Below, in pieces: positions 1 through 8,805 of a stretch of 64,000 nt of DNA (position 1 is its first letter; every line of letters starts with the position of its first letter). The notes below the pieces were generated by a model. The model made no database searches. It was not told the origin of the DNA and saw only the letters and a program-made list of their open reading frames with translations. Both the position numbers and the translations under genes were made by a program. Source of the DNA: an uncultured Bacteroidia bacterium (GTDB lineage: Bacteria > Bacteroidota > Bacteroidia > Bacteroidales > UBA932); assembly GCA_902791945.1 (NCBI GenBank), contig CADAXR010000002.1, positions 9 to 64,008 on the forward strand. Direction: 5' to 3'.

Positions 1-2030
1 TCCAGGAGTCTGACTTGTGGAGGACGTTGGTGTTGATGAGAAGGTTGTCGGTGCTGTCATCTATGGTAGCCTGGGTCAGGCGGAGGTTGCCGGACATATC
101 GCGGCCGGACTCGTTGGCGAGCCACCAGTAGTAATCGTAAGTCAGCGTATTATTCGCTTGTTTTGCACTGTGGACGAAGATGCTCCTCCGTTTCTCACTG
201 ACGGTGTAAGTTTTATTGGTAGTGAATTTGGTAAGGCCGGCCGGGGTGTCTCCTCCTGTGAAGATTGAGTAGAAGTCCGCAATCGTCGGCCACAGCCACT
301 GGGTCATATATCGGTCGAGTCCGGAGCCGTTATCCTCATCTTCATTGAATAATGAGTTATAAGAGAATGATCCGTAGAACAAATATTTATCCGTATTGAT
401 TGTCTTTCCGCTGCTCTCCCCCGGGTAACGGTTGTAAACATCCACGAAGAAGTTGGCCGGCCTGATCTCCCAGGACGTTCCTCTTCCTTCATTGGTATAG
501 ACGTGTACGGCAGTGTTGAATATCGCGCTATGTTTGTCTGAAGTGCTTCTTAGGAGGTCCTTGCGGTCATCCGAATTGACCCAGCTGCCGGGCAGATTGC
601 CGGAATCCAGGGAGTCCGACGCCGGGGGAACTTAAGGACCAGAACGGGTCTTCCGTCATATGCTTGTTGCCGAGCCAGGCGAGGATGCTGTTGAAACCGT
701 CGCCGGCAGTGTAGTTTTTATAGACGGAGTCTTCAAACAGGCCGTTTCCGCGGTATCCGCCGTCAAAGAAATTACCCTCCCTGCTTATAAGGTCTCCTGT
801 TTTGACCTTGTAGGGATCATATTGACTGATTTTGAAATTGATCGCCTGGGTGAATCCGCCCGCCCCTTCGAGCGTTACCGAAAACTGTCTGGTAGAAGTC
901 GTGGTCGAAGCCGTCGCGGTCGAAGGCACGCTGACGGTCAGTACATGATCCGTAAGGCTTGCGGAGACGCCGCTCATGGATACGCTCTTCAGGGAAACCT
1001 CATTCGGAGATTTGCCTATGACGTCGACATAAAACTTCTGGGTCGCGCCGCGGCCTATGTATTCCGTACTCCTCACGGTACGGTCACTTCTCTTCAGGTA
1101 GACCTCGGCATCGGTATAGTGCATGGATAGTTTGAAACCGGTCGGGCGCTCGTAGATTTTGAATACAAGTTCGGCCTTGACATCATTGTCCGCCTTGGAC
1201 CTTGCCACTACTTTGCATCCGTAGGTGCGGTAGGCAGTCGGCTCAAGGAGGCCGTCATCGCTGAGGTCGAAGTAGCTGGCGCCCTCGATGCCGATGAATT
1301 CAATCTCGTCGTCGGCTTCTTCCGGCTCGCCTTTGGCCTCCAGCTGGATGCTTTCGCCTACGAAGAACCTGTAGCTGTCTTCACTGTAGTGGATGGCGTC
1401 GCTCTCGTCGGGCTTCACGAGAGTGATTTTCGTGAAGGGCTGGGCCACCCGGAGGGTCGCGGTCGCGGGTTTATTGCCGTCCACGGAACGGGCGGTTATG
1501 GTCACCGTGCCACGGCTGACACCGGTTATGAGTCCGGAATCATCGATTCTCGCGATGTCGCTGTTGGAGGTCTCCCAAGTGACGTTGTGGTTGGTGGCGT
1601 TCGAGGGCTCGAAACGGACGGTGAAACGCGTCGTTCCGCCTACCTTGATGACGTCCTCCTCCGGGCTGAGGCTGATAGCGGTCACGTGGATTTCCTCGGC
1701 AATGACGTGGATGTTGCATGAGGCGGAAACCCCTCCGCAACGGGCGGTAATCTCGGCGTCGCCGACTCCGACGGCCTTCACGAGCCCACCCTCGACGCTC
1801 GCCACATTGTTCTTCGAACTCTCCCAGGTTACAGTCTTGTTCGTCGCGTTTGACGGCTCCACGGTGGCGTACAGCTGAAGCTCCCCGCCGATGGCCAGGG
1901 TCTCGGACGAATAATTCAGGCTGATGCCCGAGGGGGGTACATAGGTTGATTTATGAGTTGCGGCTTTCTTGCACCCTGCTACGGCCATCACGGCCAGGGC
2001 GGCAAATATGACTATAAGTAACTTCTTCAT
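1..2030 (-). pseudogene. Surface lipoprotein with tandem Big_2 (bacterial Ig-like) domains and a DUF1566-like C-terminal domain; one frame break; the 3' part runs off the window start
   Basis: Track ORF 567..2030 has a lipoprotein signal (..AVAGC) and repeated Ig-like segments (NKTVTWESS / HNVTWETSN). It stops at 567. A second minus-strand frame, open from ~631 to nt 1, continues the similarity to paralog 6974..8488 (NLPGSWVNSDD vs NLPSWITSNDE; YMTQWLWPTIADFYSIF vs YMTPWVLPTVHDFNSIF). The two frames overlap at a C5/G5 run (624..628). Confidence 0.6.
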
Positions 2031-2071
2031 TGCCGGTGAATGTTTGATTCATCCGCGAAGTTACGAAAAAG

Positions 2072-2959
2072 TCACGAATGAAATAGAATTTTTATCCACA
2101 CGGGGCAGTGATCGGAGGCTTTTGAGACTGCGGGGAGGTCTTCGGGGCTGATCCTGCCGGCCTCGAGGAGTTCCACATTTTCCTCACAGCCATTACGATA
2201 GATGAAGAAATAGTCGATGCAGCGGTCGGGTTCGTCCGACGGGTAGGTGAATTCGTCTCCGGTCAGCTGGATCCAGTTCTCACGGAACCTCGCGATTGTC
2301 TCCGAATCCGGCCTGGCGTTCATGTCGCCGGCAAGGAAAATGGGCTTGGCGACCGGCCTTGCGGCCGCCCAGGCGGTGATCTTGTCGACCGCACTCAGGC
2401 GGTCCGTCTCCGACGCGTGGTCAAGGTGGGTCTCGCAGAAAATGAAGGAGGGAAACTCAATGATCCCTACCGACCGCACCTCCTTGCCGTCGGTCTTTTC
2501 GAGCACTATCCTTTCGGGCTTTCCTCCGCGGCCAAGGACAGCCTTGTCCCAGACGATGGAGTTGCCATACCACTGATAGGCTGCAGGGAAGAAACTCGAG
2601 CCCCACTTCTTCCCGAGAGCCGAGGCCAGCTTCGAGGCCTGGTGGTCTCCGAATGTGCGCAGGCCTCCCCAGTCCGTCTCGTTGAGACCGACCACCGCCG
2701 GTCCCACCGTACGGATTATCTCAGCAATCTCGGGGTAGGAAAAGTGTCCGAGCTCGTCACGGTACTTGCGGAACGCCCCTGCGTTGTAGGACATAAGCGC
2801 CACGGTAAACTCCTCCGGCACGTCCGTCACGTCCGGCGCCGGCGGCGACAACGTCTCCGGCAAACCGGCCCACATCCCCGTCCCGCTCCCCGCAGACGCC
2901 TTTCCGTATCCCGCCACCACCAGCCCTATCATCAGGCAGTATTTCAGTATCCTTTTCAT
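2072..2959 (-). CDS. Secreted endonuclease/exonuclease/phosphatase (EEP) family protein
   Basis: 295 aa with an N-terminal signal peptide. EEP-like motifs are present: SYNAGAF, GLNETD, ETHLDH, GDMNARPDS, SDHCPVW. Confidence 0.75.
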   Translation of the reverse strand: MKRILKYCLMIGLVVAGYGKASAGSGTGMWAGLPETLSPPAPDVTDVPEEFTVALMSYNAGAFRKYRDELGHFSYPEIAEIIRTVGPAVVGLNETDWGGLRTFGDHQASKLASALGKKWGSSFFPAAYQWYGNSIVWDKAVLGRGGKPERIVLEKTDGKEVRSVGIIEFPSFIFCETHLDHASETDRLSAVDKITAWAAARPVAKPIFLAGDMNARPDSETIARFRENWIQLTGDEFTYPSDEPDRCIDYFFIYRNGCEENVELLEAGRISPEDLPAVSKASDHCPVWIKILFHS

Positions 2960-3020
2960 GGCATATCCTGATTATGTTCCTCATCCCAACAAAGATATAA
3001 AAAAATAATCTCCCCTCCCC

Positions 3021-3118
3021 GGGCAAGGTCTCCTTTTAGGTGGCGGACCTTGCCCGGGTTTCTCCGCTGGAGGCCGTTCTGGTGGACAAGGTCCCGACCC
3101 TAAAAGGAGACCTTGCCC
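3021..3118. repeat. 98-bp compound palindromic REP-like element (left copy)
   Basis: gggcaaggtctccttttagg ... cctaaaaggagaccttgccc, with inner inverted GGACCTTGCCC / GGACAAGGTCC motifs. An inverted near-copy lies at 4518..4615. Confidence 0.85.
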
Positions 3119-4026
3119 GGTTTCAGTATTTCCGAGACCTTCTGGCGGGGAAGTTCAAAGGTCCTTGCCAGTTGCGGAACTGTGGTTTTGCTTGTGTGAA
3201 AGACATACGGCAGGAGGCGGACCTTCTTCTCCAGTGGCAGAGAGGAAATATCTGACTCGAACCACCTGTTGCTCAGATCGTTGACGCTCTTGTAGAACTC
3301 TGAATCGGGCAACATCCTTCTCGGCTGGTCCACGAGTTTCTGCTTCATCTCTGCCGAATTCTGACCGCCAAGTATTTTCAGAAAGAAACTCTGCTCGTTT
3401 TCAAAAACCTGCTCCAGGTATGCGTTGTCACAAAAACTGCCCGGAACCAGGTGGTCCTGCCTGTCCAGAAGCCACTTGACCCCCGAAAGTTTGTTTCCGG
3501 TATGCATCAACTCCCTTTTCTCCCTTTTGGACAACTCAGCCACACTTCGGCATCCTTCCTCCGGCACCACAGTGTTGAACATCGCACCATACCCGGACCA
3601 CCGATATTCATTGATGTTGCATCCGTTATCCAAGGCGTTTCTAGGGATATACGCAAGTGCATTCCTGACATACCAGTTGCTGTCCAGAAGGAGTGCCTTG
3701 ACATCCACGTTCTGCATCGTCTCACGCGCCGAATACTTTTTGCTGAACCACATCGAATAGACTTTTTTGACTTCCTCACCATATTTGCCGGCATCCGTCT
3801 GGGTTTTCGCAAGAACGGCAACGTGACAGTGATTCGAAACCACGGCATATATGATTACGATGACATTTTTCCTGAGAGCTGCGACGGCAATGATCTTCAC
3901 CATCGCATCATAGTCGTCATCATCCCGGCAAAGAATACAGTCCTCCATCCCCTCAAGGCTTATGTGAAAAGGATAGACCATCGCGAAACTCCCGTCAGGG
4001 AGCCTCCTTCGCACCACTCTGTTCAT
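3100..4026 (-). CDS. IS200/IS605-type Y1 (HUH) transposase-like protein, REP-associated (RAYT-like)
   Basis: 308 aa. It has an HUH-like motif (SNHCHVAVLA) and a downstream YIPRNAL segment resembling the Y1 catalytic-Tyr region. The gene is bracketed by the two 98-bp palindromic elements. Confidence 0.6.
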   Translation of the reverse strand: MNRVVRRRLPDGSFAMVYPFHISLEGMEDCILCRDDDDYDAMVKIIAVAALRKNVIVIIYAVVSNHCHVAVLAKTQTDAGKYGEEVKKVYSMWFSKKYSARETMQNVDVKALLLDSNWYVRNALAYIPRNALDNGCNINEYRWSGYGAMFNTVVPEEGCRSVAELSKREKRELMHTGNKLSGVKWLLDRQDHLVPGSFCDNAYLEQVFENEQSFFLKILGGQNSAEMKQKLVDQPRRMLPDSEFYKSVNDLSNRWFESDISSLPLEKKVRLLPYVFHTSKTTVPQLARTFELPRQKVSEILKPGKVSF

Positions 4027-4166
4027 CCCCGGGGATCAGTTTTTGGGGGCACCAGGCTTTGCTCCGGGGCCGAATACGATGATTTTTCCGCCCTTCTTTT
4101 CGAATTCTTCCCTGGCTTTCCTCATACTTTTGGCCATCAGCATAGATGCGTTGTCCAGTGAGCGGA

Positions 4167-4442
4167 TCATTTCTTTCCTATGCGCACATACCGCCAGGTC
4201 GGCAATGGACAGGCCCGTATCATAGCGATTACCGCCTGCTCATTTCCGCCCCACAGTTTCGTTGTCATCGCCATCGCGGCTTTGGCAATCACTTCAGTAA
4301 CGACCTCCGGGTCTTTGGCCGGATCAACATCTGTGTTGAATCGGATGTCTGTTTCTCCATACTGGAGTACTTCGAGAATTTTTTTCATGACTTTTTGATT
4401 TTCAGTTTCGGCAAGTATAGCACCCTCTGGGCTGAAAACCAA
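4167..4442 (-). CDS. Hypothetical protein, possibly frame-broken
   Basis: 91-aa track ORF. A different frame continues protein-like to ~4035 (..GLSIADLAVCAHRKEMIRSLDNASMLMAKSMRKAREEFEKKGGKIIVFG..). No family recognised. Confidence 0.3.
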   Translation of the reverse strand: MVFSPEGAILAETENQKVMKKILEVLQYGETDIRFNTDVDPAKDPEVVTEVIAKAAMAMTTKLWGGNEQAVIAMIRACPLPTWRYVRIGKK

Positions 4443-4517
4443 TGAATTATAAAAAACAAAACTCAGATTTTTTTGTTTTTTATACCGATTAAGTCTTTTT
4501 TATAAGAATTTCACAGC

Positions 4518-4615
4518 GGGCAAGGTCTCCTTTTAGGGTCGGGACCATGCCCACCAGAACTGCCTCCAGCGGAGAAACCCGGGCAAGGTTTGCCACCTGA
4601 AAGGAGACCTTGCCC
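4518..4615. repeat. 98-bp compound palindromic REP-like element (right copy, inverted relative to 3021..3118)
   Basis: The middle segment (gtcgggaccatgcccaccagaactgcctccagcggagaaacccgggcaaggtttgccac) is the near reverse complement of the middle of the left copy. It has the same GGGCAAGGTCTCC termini. Confidence 0.85.
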
Positions 4616-4676
4616 GCTGTGAGGGGCGCAGAAGAGGGGGGAGGCAGTCGAGACGGAGGCGCAGAAGGTGGAAAAG

Positions 4677-5954
4677 TCAGTCGCGGCGGAGGCGGCCGAC
4701 GGCGTGCTCGAGGGACTCGGAGGGGGCGATGATGTTGTAGTCCTCCCAGAAGGCGGGGTCGAGGAATTCGCCGGCTTTGTCGGTCATTATGTCGGAGGAA
4801 CGGAACTGTTCTTCCGGGGAAATGGGGACGGCGGGCGTCAGGACATCCGTGATGACCGTCTCGTTGACAAGCCTGTAGCTGGTGAGCATGCCGCGCTTCT
4901 TCCAGTCGCAGTCGAAACTCATGGTAGCCCTGAGGTACTCAAGGCGGCTAGTCCCGCCGTCGGGCCGGTAGCTCATCGCGAAGCTGACTTCCTTCGGGAT
5001 GAAACGCAGCCCTTTCGGCTTCCTGACAAGAAGGAGGCTCGTGACCTTGTCAGGGTCGGACATGTCGGTCGAGAGTTCTATCCTCGTGAATGCCAGGGTC
5101 TCGCGGTCGATGTAGAGAGTGCCGTTGTAAAGCGGATAATCGGCCTCCGACGCAGGACTGATATGGATGACGAACTGAAGGCGGTCGTCGATGTACTCCG
5201 GATGACCCATCTCGCAGCTGTAAAGATTGCGGTCGAAATCGAGCCAGAGGAGCTGGTGCTTCTTGACGGCGTCCATGGTGACAGGCAGGGTCGGGCCGCC
5301 TTTCATCTTGACGCTGAGGGTGTCGCGCCGACGCTGGCTCACGATGATACGGCTTTTGTCCACCGCGGTCCTGTCGTGGTAACCGGGAATGAGGTAAGAC
5401 GACTTGTGGGTCCTGATAACGGCCTCCGTCACGGAAATATAGCGCCCGCGTTTCTGGAGCGTCTCCCGGTAGAACCCCCGGAGAAGCTCCGCCTGGAGAG
5501 GATAGTTTCCGCTGATGGCCTTGCGGGCGCTCCGGATGATTTCCAGAGGATCTCCGGAGACGATCGAGGATGCGTCCAGAAGATATTTGTCCGGGGTCAG
5601 CCGGACGCTGACCTCCCCGCCGGCGACGGCCTGCCGCACCGTCTTATATCCAAGGTGTGAAATCACAAGCTCCCGGATAGGTGCGTCGGACTTGATCACG
5701 AACACGCCGTCGGCGTTGGAGACGGTCGCATATTGCCGGCCCGACACCCGGATGTTGACGGCCGGCAGCTCCTTGCCCGTCCTGGCGTCGGAGACCTTGC
5801 CGCTGACGCTGTAGGCGAGGCGCAGCGAGTCAGTCTGCGCCCACACTTCCGCCGCCGCCAGGGCGGCCAGCACGAAAAGTATGAACTTTACGTGTCTGGA
5901 AAACGCGATGCATGCAATCCTCAGATTTTTCATACATGTAAACCTGTTCGACAA
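4677..5954 (-). CDS. Carboxypeptidase-regulatory-like (CarboxypepD_reg) domain protein with signal sequence
   Basis: 425 aa. A hydrophobic N-terminus is followed by the typical segment SGKVSDARTGKELPAVNIRVSG..ATVSNADGVFVI..LVISHLGYKT. Confidence 0.55.
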   Translation of the reverse strand: MSNRFTCMKNLRIACIAFSRHVKFILFVLAALAAAEVWAQTDSLRLAYSVSGKVSDARTGKELPAVNIRVSGRQYATVSNADGVFVIKSDAPIRELVISHLGYKTVRQAVAGGEVSVRLTPDKYLLDASSIVSGDPLEIIRSARKAISGNYPLQAELLRGFYRETLQKRGRYISVTEAVIRTHKSSYLIPGYHDRTAVDKSRIIVSQRRRDTLSVKMKGGPTLPVTMDAVKKHQLLWLDFDRNLYSCEMGHPEYIDDRLQFVIHISPASEADYPLYNGTLYIDRETLAFTRIELSTDMSDPDKVTSLLLVRKPKGLRFIPKEVSFAMSYRPDGGTSRLEYLRATMSFDCDWKKRGMLTSYRLVNETVITDVLTPAVPISPEEQFRSSDIMTDKAGEFLDPAFWEDYNIIAPSESLEHAVGRLRRD

Positions 5955-6044
5955 ATATAACTAATTTGCAGATTTATTCATTTTGCTGCAGGTTGCAAAA
6001 CTTTATTCTTATCTTTGTATCCGGTACAGCATTTTTAGAAAAAT

Positions 6045-6950
6045 ATGAAAAAGTTATTATTCCTGGCTTTGGGCCTGGCGCTGGTTCTCGGTTGTGAGAA
6101 AAATGATAAGCGCAACAATTCTGTCGTTATTGATTTTACAAAGGAGAACTACCAAAATGGGAAGACTGTAAAGACCCTCGACAGCAATGGGCTCACCGTC
6201 ACTTTCGGCAGACCCGCGACCTGGAACAATGACGACCAGGCCCTGCGCATTTGGGCCGGTACGACTTTCTGCCTCAGTTCAGACAAGACTATCGAGAAAA
6301 TTGTGTTCTCCTTCGGAAAGGAGGATAAGGAGGCTCCCATCAAGGCTTTTGAGGGCGAGTTTTCGGTAAATGTCTGGACAGGAGCGGCAAAAAAGGTCTT
6401 CTTGGAGATTGACGGCGCCAACGGCAGTTCCCGCTCGATAAGCCGTATGACCGTAACGCTGGGCAATAAGGAGAGTCGCAATATGACCGACGTCATCGAC
6501 GCATCTTTTATCGGAGTCAACAGCACCAGTCTTGAGAGTTGGTCAGGGAAGAAAGGCACCGCTTCGCCGGCCAGTTATCTCGGAAAAACAGCTGTTAAGT
6601 ATTCTGATCATAATGTTATCGTATTGAACAAAGAACAAGGCGGAATAGTAACCAACGTCTCCGGAGGATATGTCCGTCATGTCGAGATCAAGTGGAACAT
6701 GACCTTAACGTGTCCTATTGATTTACTGGTCTATGGCGACGACATTAGATACACGAGTACGTCGGATCTCTACAACGACAGCTACGCAGGGACGCTTTTA
6801 GGAACTTTCACATGTGGCTCCAGCTATAGCACTATCATAGACGTCGAAGGTGATTATAAGTTCGTCGGTCTCCGTCAGAAGCCGGATGACAGTTTATCCG
6901 ACAGTTGGAATAACCTGTATATCGACAGAATCGAAGTGACCTGGGAGTAG
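6045..6950 (+). CDS. Lipoprotein of unknown function
   Basis: 301 aa with a lipoprotein signal, MKKLLFLALGLALVLGC. No recognisable catalytic motifs. Confidence 0.5.
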   Translation: MKKLLFLALGLALVLGCEKNDKRNNSVVIDFTKENYQNGKTVKTLDSNGLTVTFGRPATWNNDDQALRIWAGTTFCLSSDKTIEKIVFSFGKEDKEAPIKAFEGEFSVNVWTGAAKKVFLEIDGANGSSRSISRMTVTLGNKESRNMTDVIDASFIGVNSTSLESWSGKKGTASPASYLGKTAVKYSDHNVIVLNKEQGGIVTNVSGGYVRHVEIKWNMTLTCPIDLLVYGDDIRYTSTSDLYNDSYAGTLLGTFTCGSSYSTIIDVEGDYKFVGLRQKPDDSLSDSWNNLYIDRIEVTWE

Positions 6951-6973
6951 CCGGGCCGCAAAAGAGAACAGTC

Positions 6974-8488
6974 ATGCGTCGTATTTTTTTAGTTTGGGCC
7001 GCGGCCTTTGCCGCAGTAATGTTACCGGTGTCCGGTTGTGACGGGACGACCGTGGATAATACTGAAGTGGTTGATCCGGAAGGCGGCGAAACCGGTGGCG
7101 AAACCGGAGGAGAAACCGGCGGCGAAACCGGCGGCGAGACCGGCGGCGAGACCGGTGGAGAGACCGGTGGAGAAGGCGGTGGAGAAACAGGCGGCGAGGG
7201 CGGTGAGGTTATCCCGGTGACGGAGGTCAACCTTTTGACCGTGGCGGGTTCCTGCGGAATTTCCGTCCCGAGAAACGCTCCGAGGGGCACCTACTATATC
7301 GGCGTCGGGGCGGAGCAGAAATTCAGGGTTGAAGTGAAGCCCTCGGATGCTCCCCAGGAAGTGACGATTTACGAACAACTGCCCGGAGCGGGCAAAGTGC
7401 GTTTCAGCCTCGACGGCGACATCCTGACGGCGTCGGTGCCCGCAGGGACCGAGGCCTCGAGGGGAACCAACAAGAAAACTTCCACGGTGAAACTTAAGAC
7501 CGGTGACGGCAAGGTACATTCGTTTAATTTTATCAACTGCGTCTATGACCCGTACCAGCCGAAGTTCGGCGACGGCATCACCCCGGAGGGAAAGATTATC
7601 GACAGCGGCTTCCGTGGCGGGGATATCTTTGAAGACCCCGTCAACCTTGGCGGCAACGATGTCTCCTGCATCATCGCCTATCTCGGAGAGGAGCACATGA
7701 CGGAGGACCCCTTCTGGGAACTGTATTTCAAGCCTTCGACCGGCATACGGTCCGCAGGAAAGGCTATCCACGGCATCGCCATCCCCGCCAATGTCAGCAA
7801 ACTCTACCGCACTTCCGCGCCTGACGGGGAGTACTACTACACCGACAGCAGCGACGAAAATTTCATAACAGAGTCGAATAACCTTCCTTCATGGATTACC
7901 TCCAACGACGAGTGGAAGAGTCTGCTATATTTCAGGGGAAAGCACTCCGCCCTGCTGAACACGTGCTGCCACGTGTACTGCAATGCCGGCCGCGGCAAGA
8001 GCTTCGAAACCCTTCCTTTCCTGTTTTTCGTGGAGGATGCCCTGAAAAAGCCCAGTCTTAACGAAAGCAACGAGATGAAGGACAGTTCCTATGAGCAGTT
8101 CCACACCAGCTTCGACGCTGCCGGCAACGGACTTAATGCAAGGAGCGTTGACGGGGGATCCCTCACCGGCGAATACATGACGCCGTGGGTGCTTCCCACC
8201 GTCCATGATTTCAACTCCATCTTCATCGGTAAGGTGCCGGCCAATGTCGTGAACACCAATGACAGTCCGGACGTAGTCGAACGATGCAAGGTCTTTTCAA
8301 GGTCGACAAGAGTTCTCGGTGGTTCCGGGCAGACCTACGAAGGCATCAGATGGTGGCTCTCCAACGAGAATCCTTTTCAGCACGGACTCTGCCAGGGCAA
8401 CATCACACACAATGGAAATGTCTTTTCTGTGTACTATACCGTAGGACACACCACCAGGGCTTACGTCCTTCCGATAAGGTATTTCTAG
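6974..8488 (+). CDS. Surface lipoprotein with a (GGET)n linker and DUF1566-like C-terminal domain; paralog of 1..2030
   Basis: 504 aa. It has signal plus Cys (VSGC) and a GGETGGETGGET.. repeat. The shared block DPY..G.GI..EG..D.GFRGG..FEDP....IIAYLGEEHMTEDPFW is followed by WVLPT..F..IF / RWWLSNE / YVLPIRYF, which resembles the DUF1566 pattern. Confidence 0.6.
   Translation: MRRIFLVWAAAFAAVMLPVSGCDGTTVDNTEVVDPEGGETGGETGGETGGETGGETGGETGGETGGEGGGETGGEGGEVIPVTEVNLLTVAGSCGISVPRNAPRGTYYIGVGAEQKFRVEVKPSDAPQEVTIYEQLPGAGKVRFSLDGDILTASVPAGTEASRGTNKKTSTVKLKTGDGKVHSFNFINCVYDPYQPKFGDGITPEGKIIDSGFRGGDIFEDPVNLGGNDVSCIIAYLGEEHMTEDPFWELYFKPSTGIRSAGKAIHGIAIPANVSKLYRTSAPDGEYYYTDSSDENFITESNNLPSWITSNDEWKSLLYFRGKHSALLNTCCHVYCNAGRGKSFETLPFLFFVEDALKKPSLNESNEMKDSSYEQFHTSFDAAGNGLNARSVDGGSLTGEYMTPWVLPTVHDFNSIFIGKVPANVVNTNDSPDVVERCKVFSRSTRVLGGSGQTYEGIRWWLSNENPFQHGLCQGNITHNGNVFSVYYTVGHTTRAYVLPIRYF
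7082..7207 (+). repeat. In-frame 12-nt tandem repeat (about 10 units) encoding GGET/GGEG
   Basis: ggcggcgaaacc ggtggcgaaacc ggaggagaaacc ggcggcgaaacc ggcggcgagacc ... read directly from the sequence. Confidence 0.9.
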
Positions 8489-8587
8489 AGTTATTTCTCC
8501 TCGATCTTCAGCTCCTTTATCTCCCAGGTGGCCTGCGCGGCTGCTGGTCGAGACGTATATCTATCTATCCCTTATAGGCAAAAAAAA

Positions 8588-8607
8588 GACAGCACTAAGC
8601 TGTCTTT
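8588..8607 (+). terminator. Hairpin plus T-tract downstream of 6974..8488
   Basis: gacagc-actaa-gctgtc followed by ttt, and preceded by an A-run, so it could act in both directions. Confidence 0.45.
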
Positions 8608-8805
8608 CAGCGGAGAGAGCGAGAGTATTGCCTGTATCTTATCCATTCTCGTTTACGGGACAAATACTCGTTGTAGATGGTCACAACGGGGTTTTTGATT
8701 GATTAAGCGTTGCGCTGACATCAATGCGAAATCTTCAATTCCGCCATATTTCTCCTGACTCGGTGCGTCTTTTTTGAGATAAAAATACACCAAGTATTTC
8801 ATACC

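Noticed and set aside
4668-5660. Long antisense ORFs in GC-rich chromosomal genes (4668..5660, 58214..59071, 60223..61077, 62926..63783 and others)
   Set aside because: Each lies opposite a gene with recognisable domains (CarboxypepD_reg protein, SDR, FecR, SusC). All have the Arg/Gly/Asp/His-rich look of non-coding frames.
7082-7207. Repeat array considered as a CRISPR
   Set aside because: The units are 12 nt, contiguous, in-frame and without spacers. This is a coding tandem repeat. No CRISPR-like repeat-spacer structure was seen anywhere in the window.
8400-8488. 3' ends of the chromosomal DUF1566-like lipoprotein genes (here and at 1..300) as additional DGR variable repeats
   Set aside because: The proteins share the fold-level pattern (W..PT, WWS, V..R.F). 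However, I found no nucleotide similarity to the TR and no GTGCGGGCGGTCTCCG junction, so they are not targets of this DGR.
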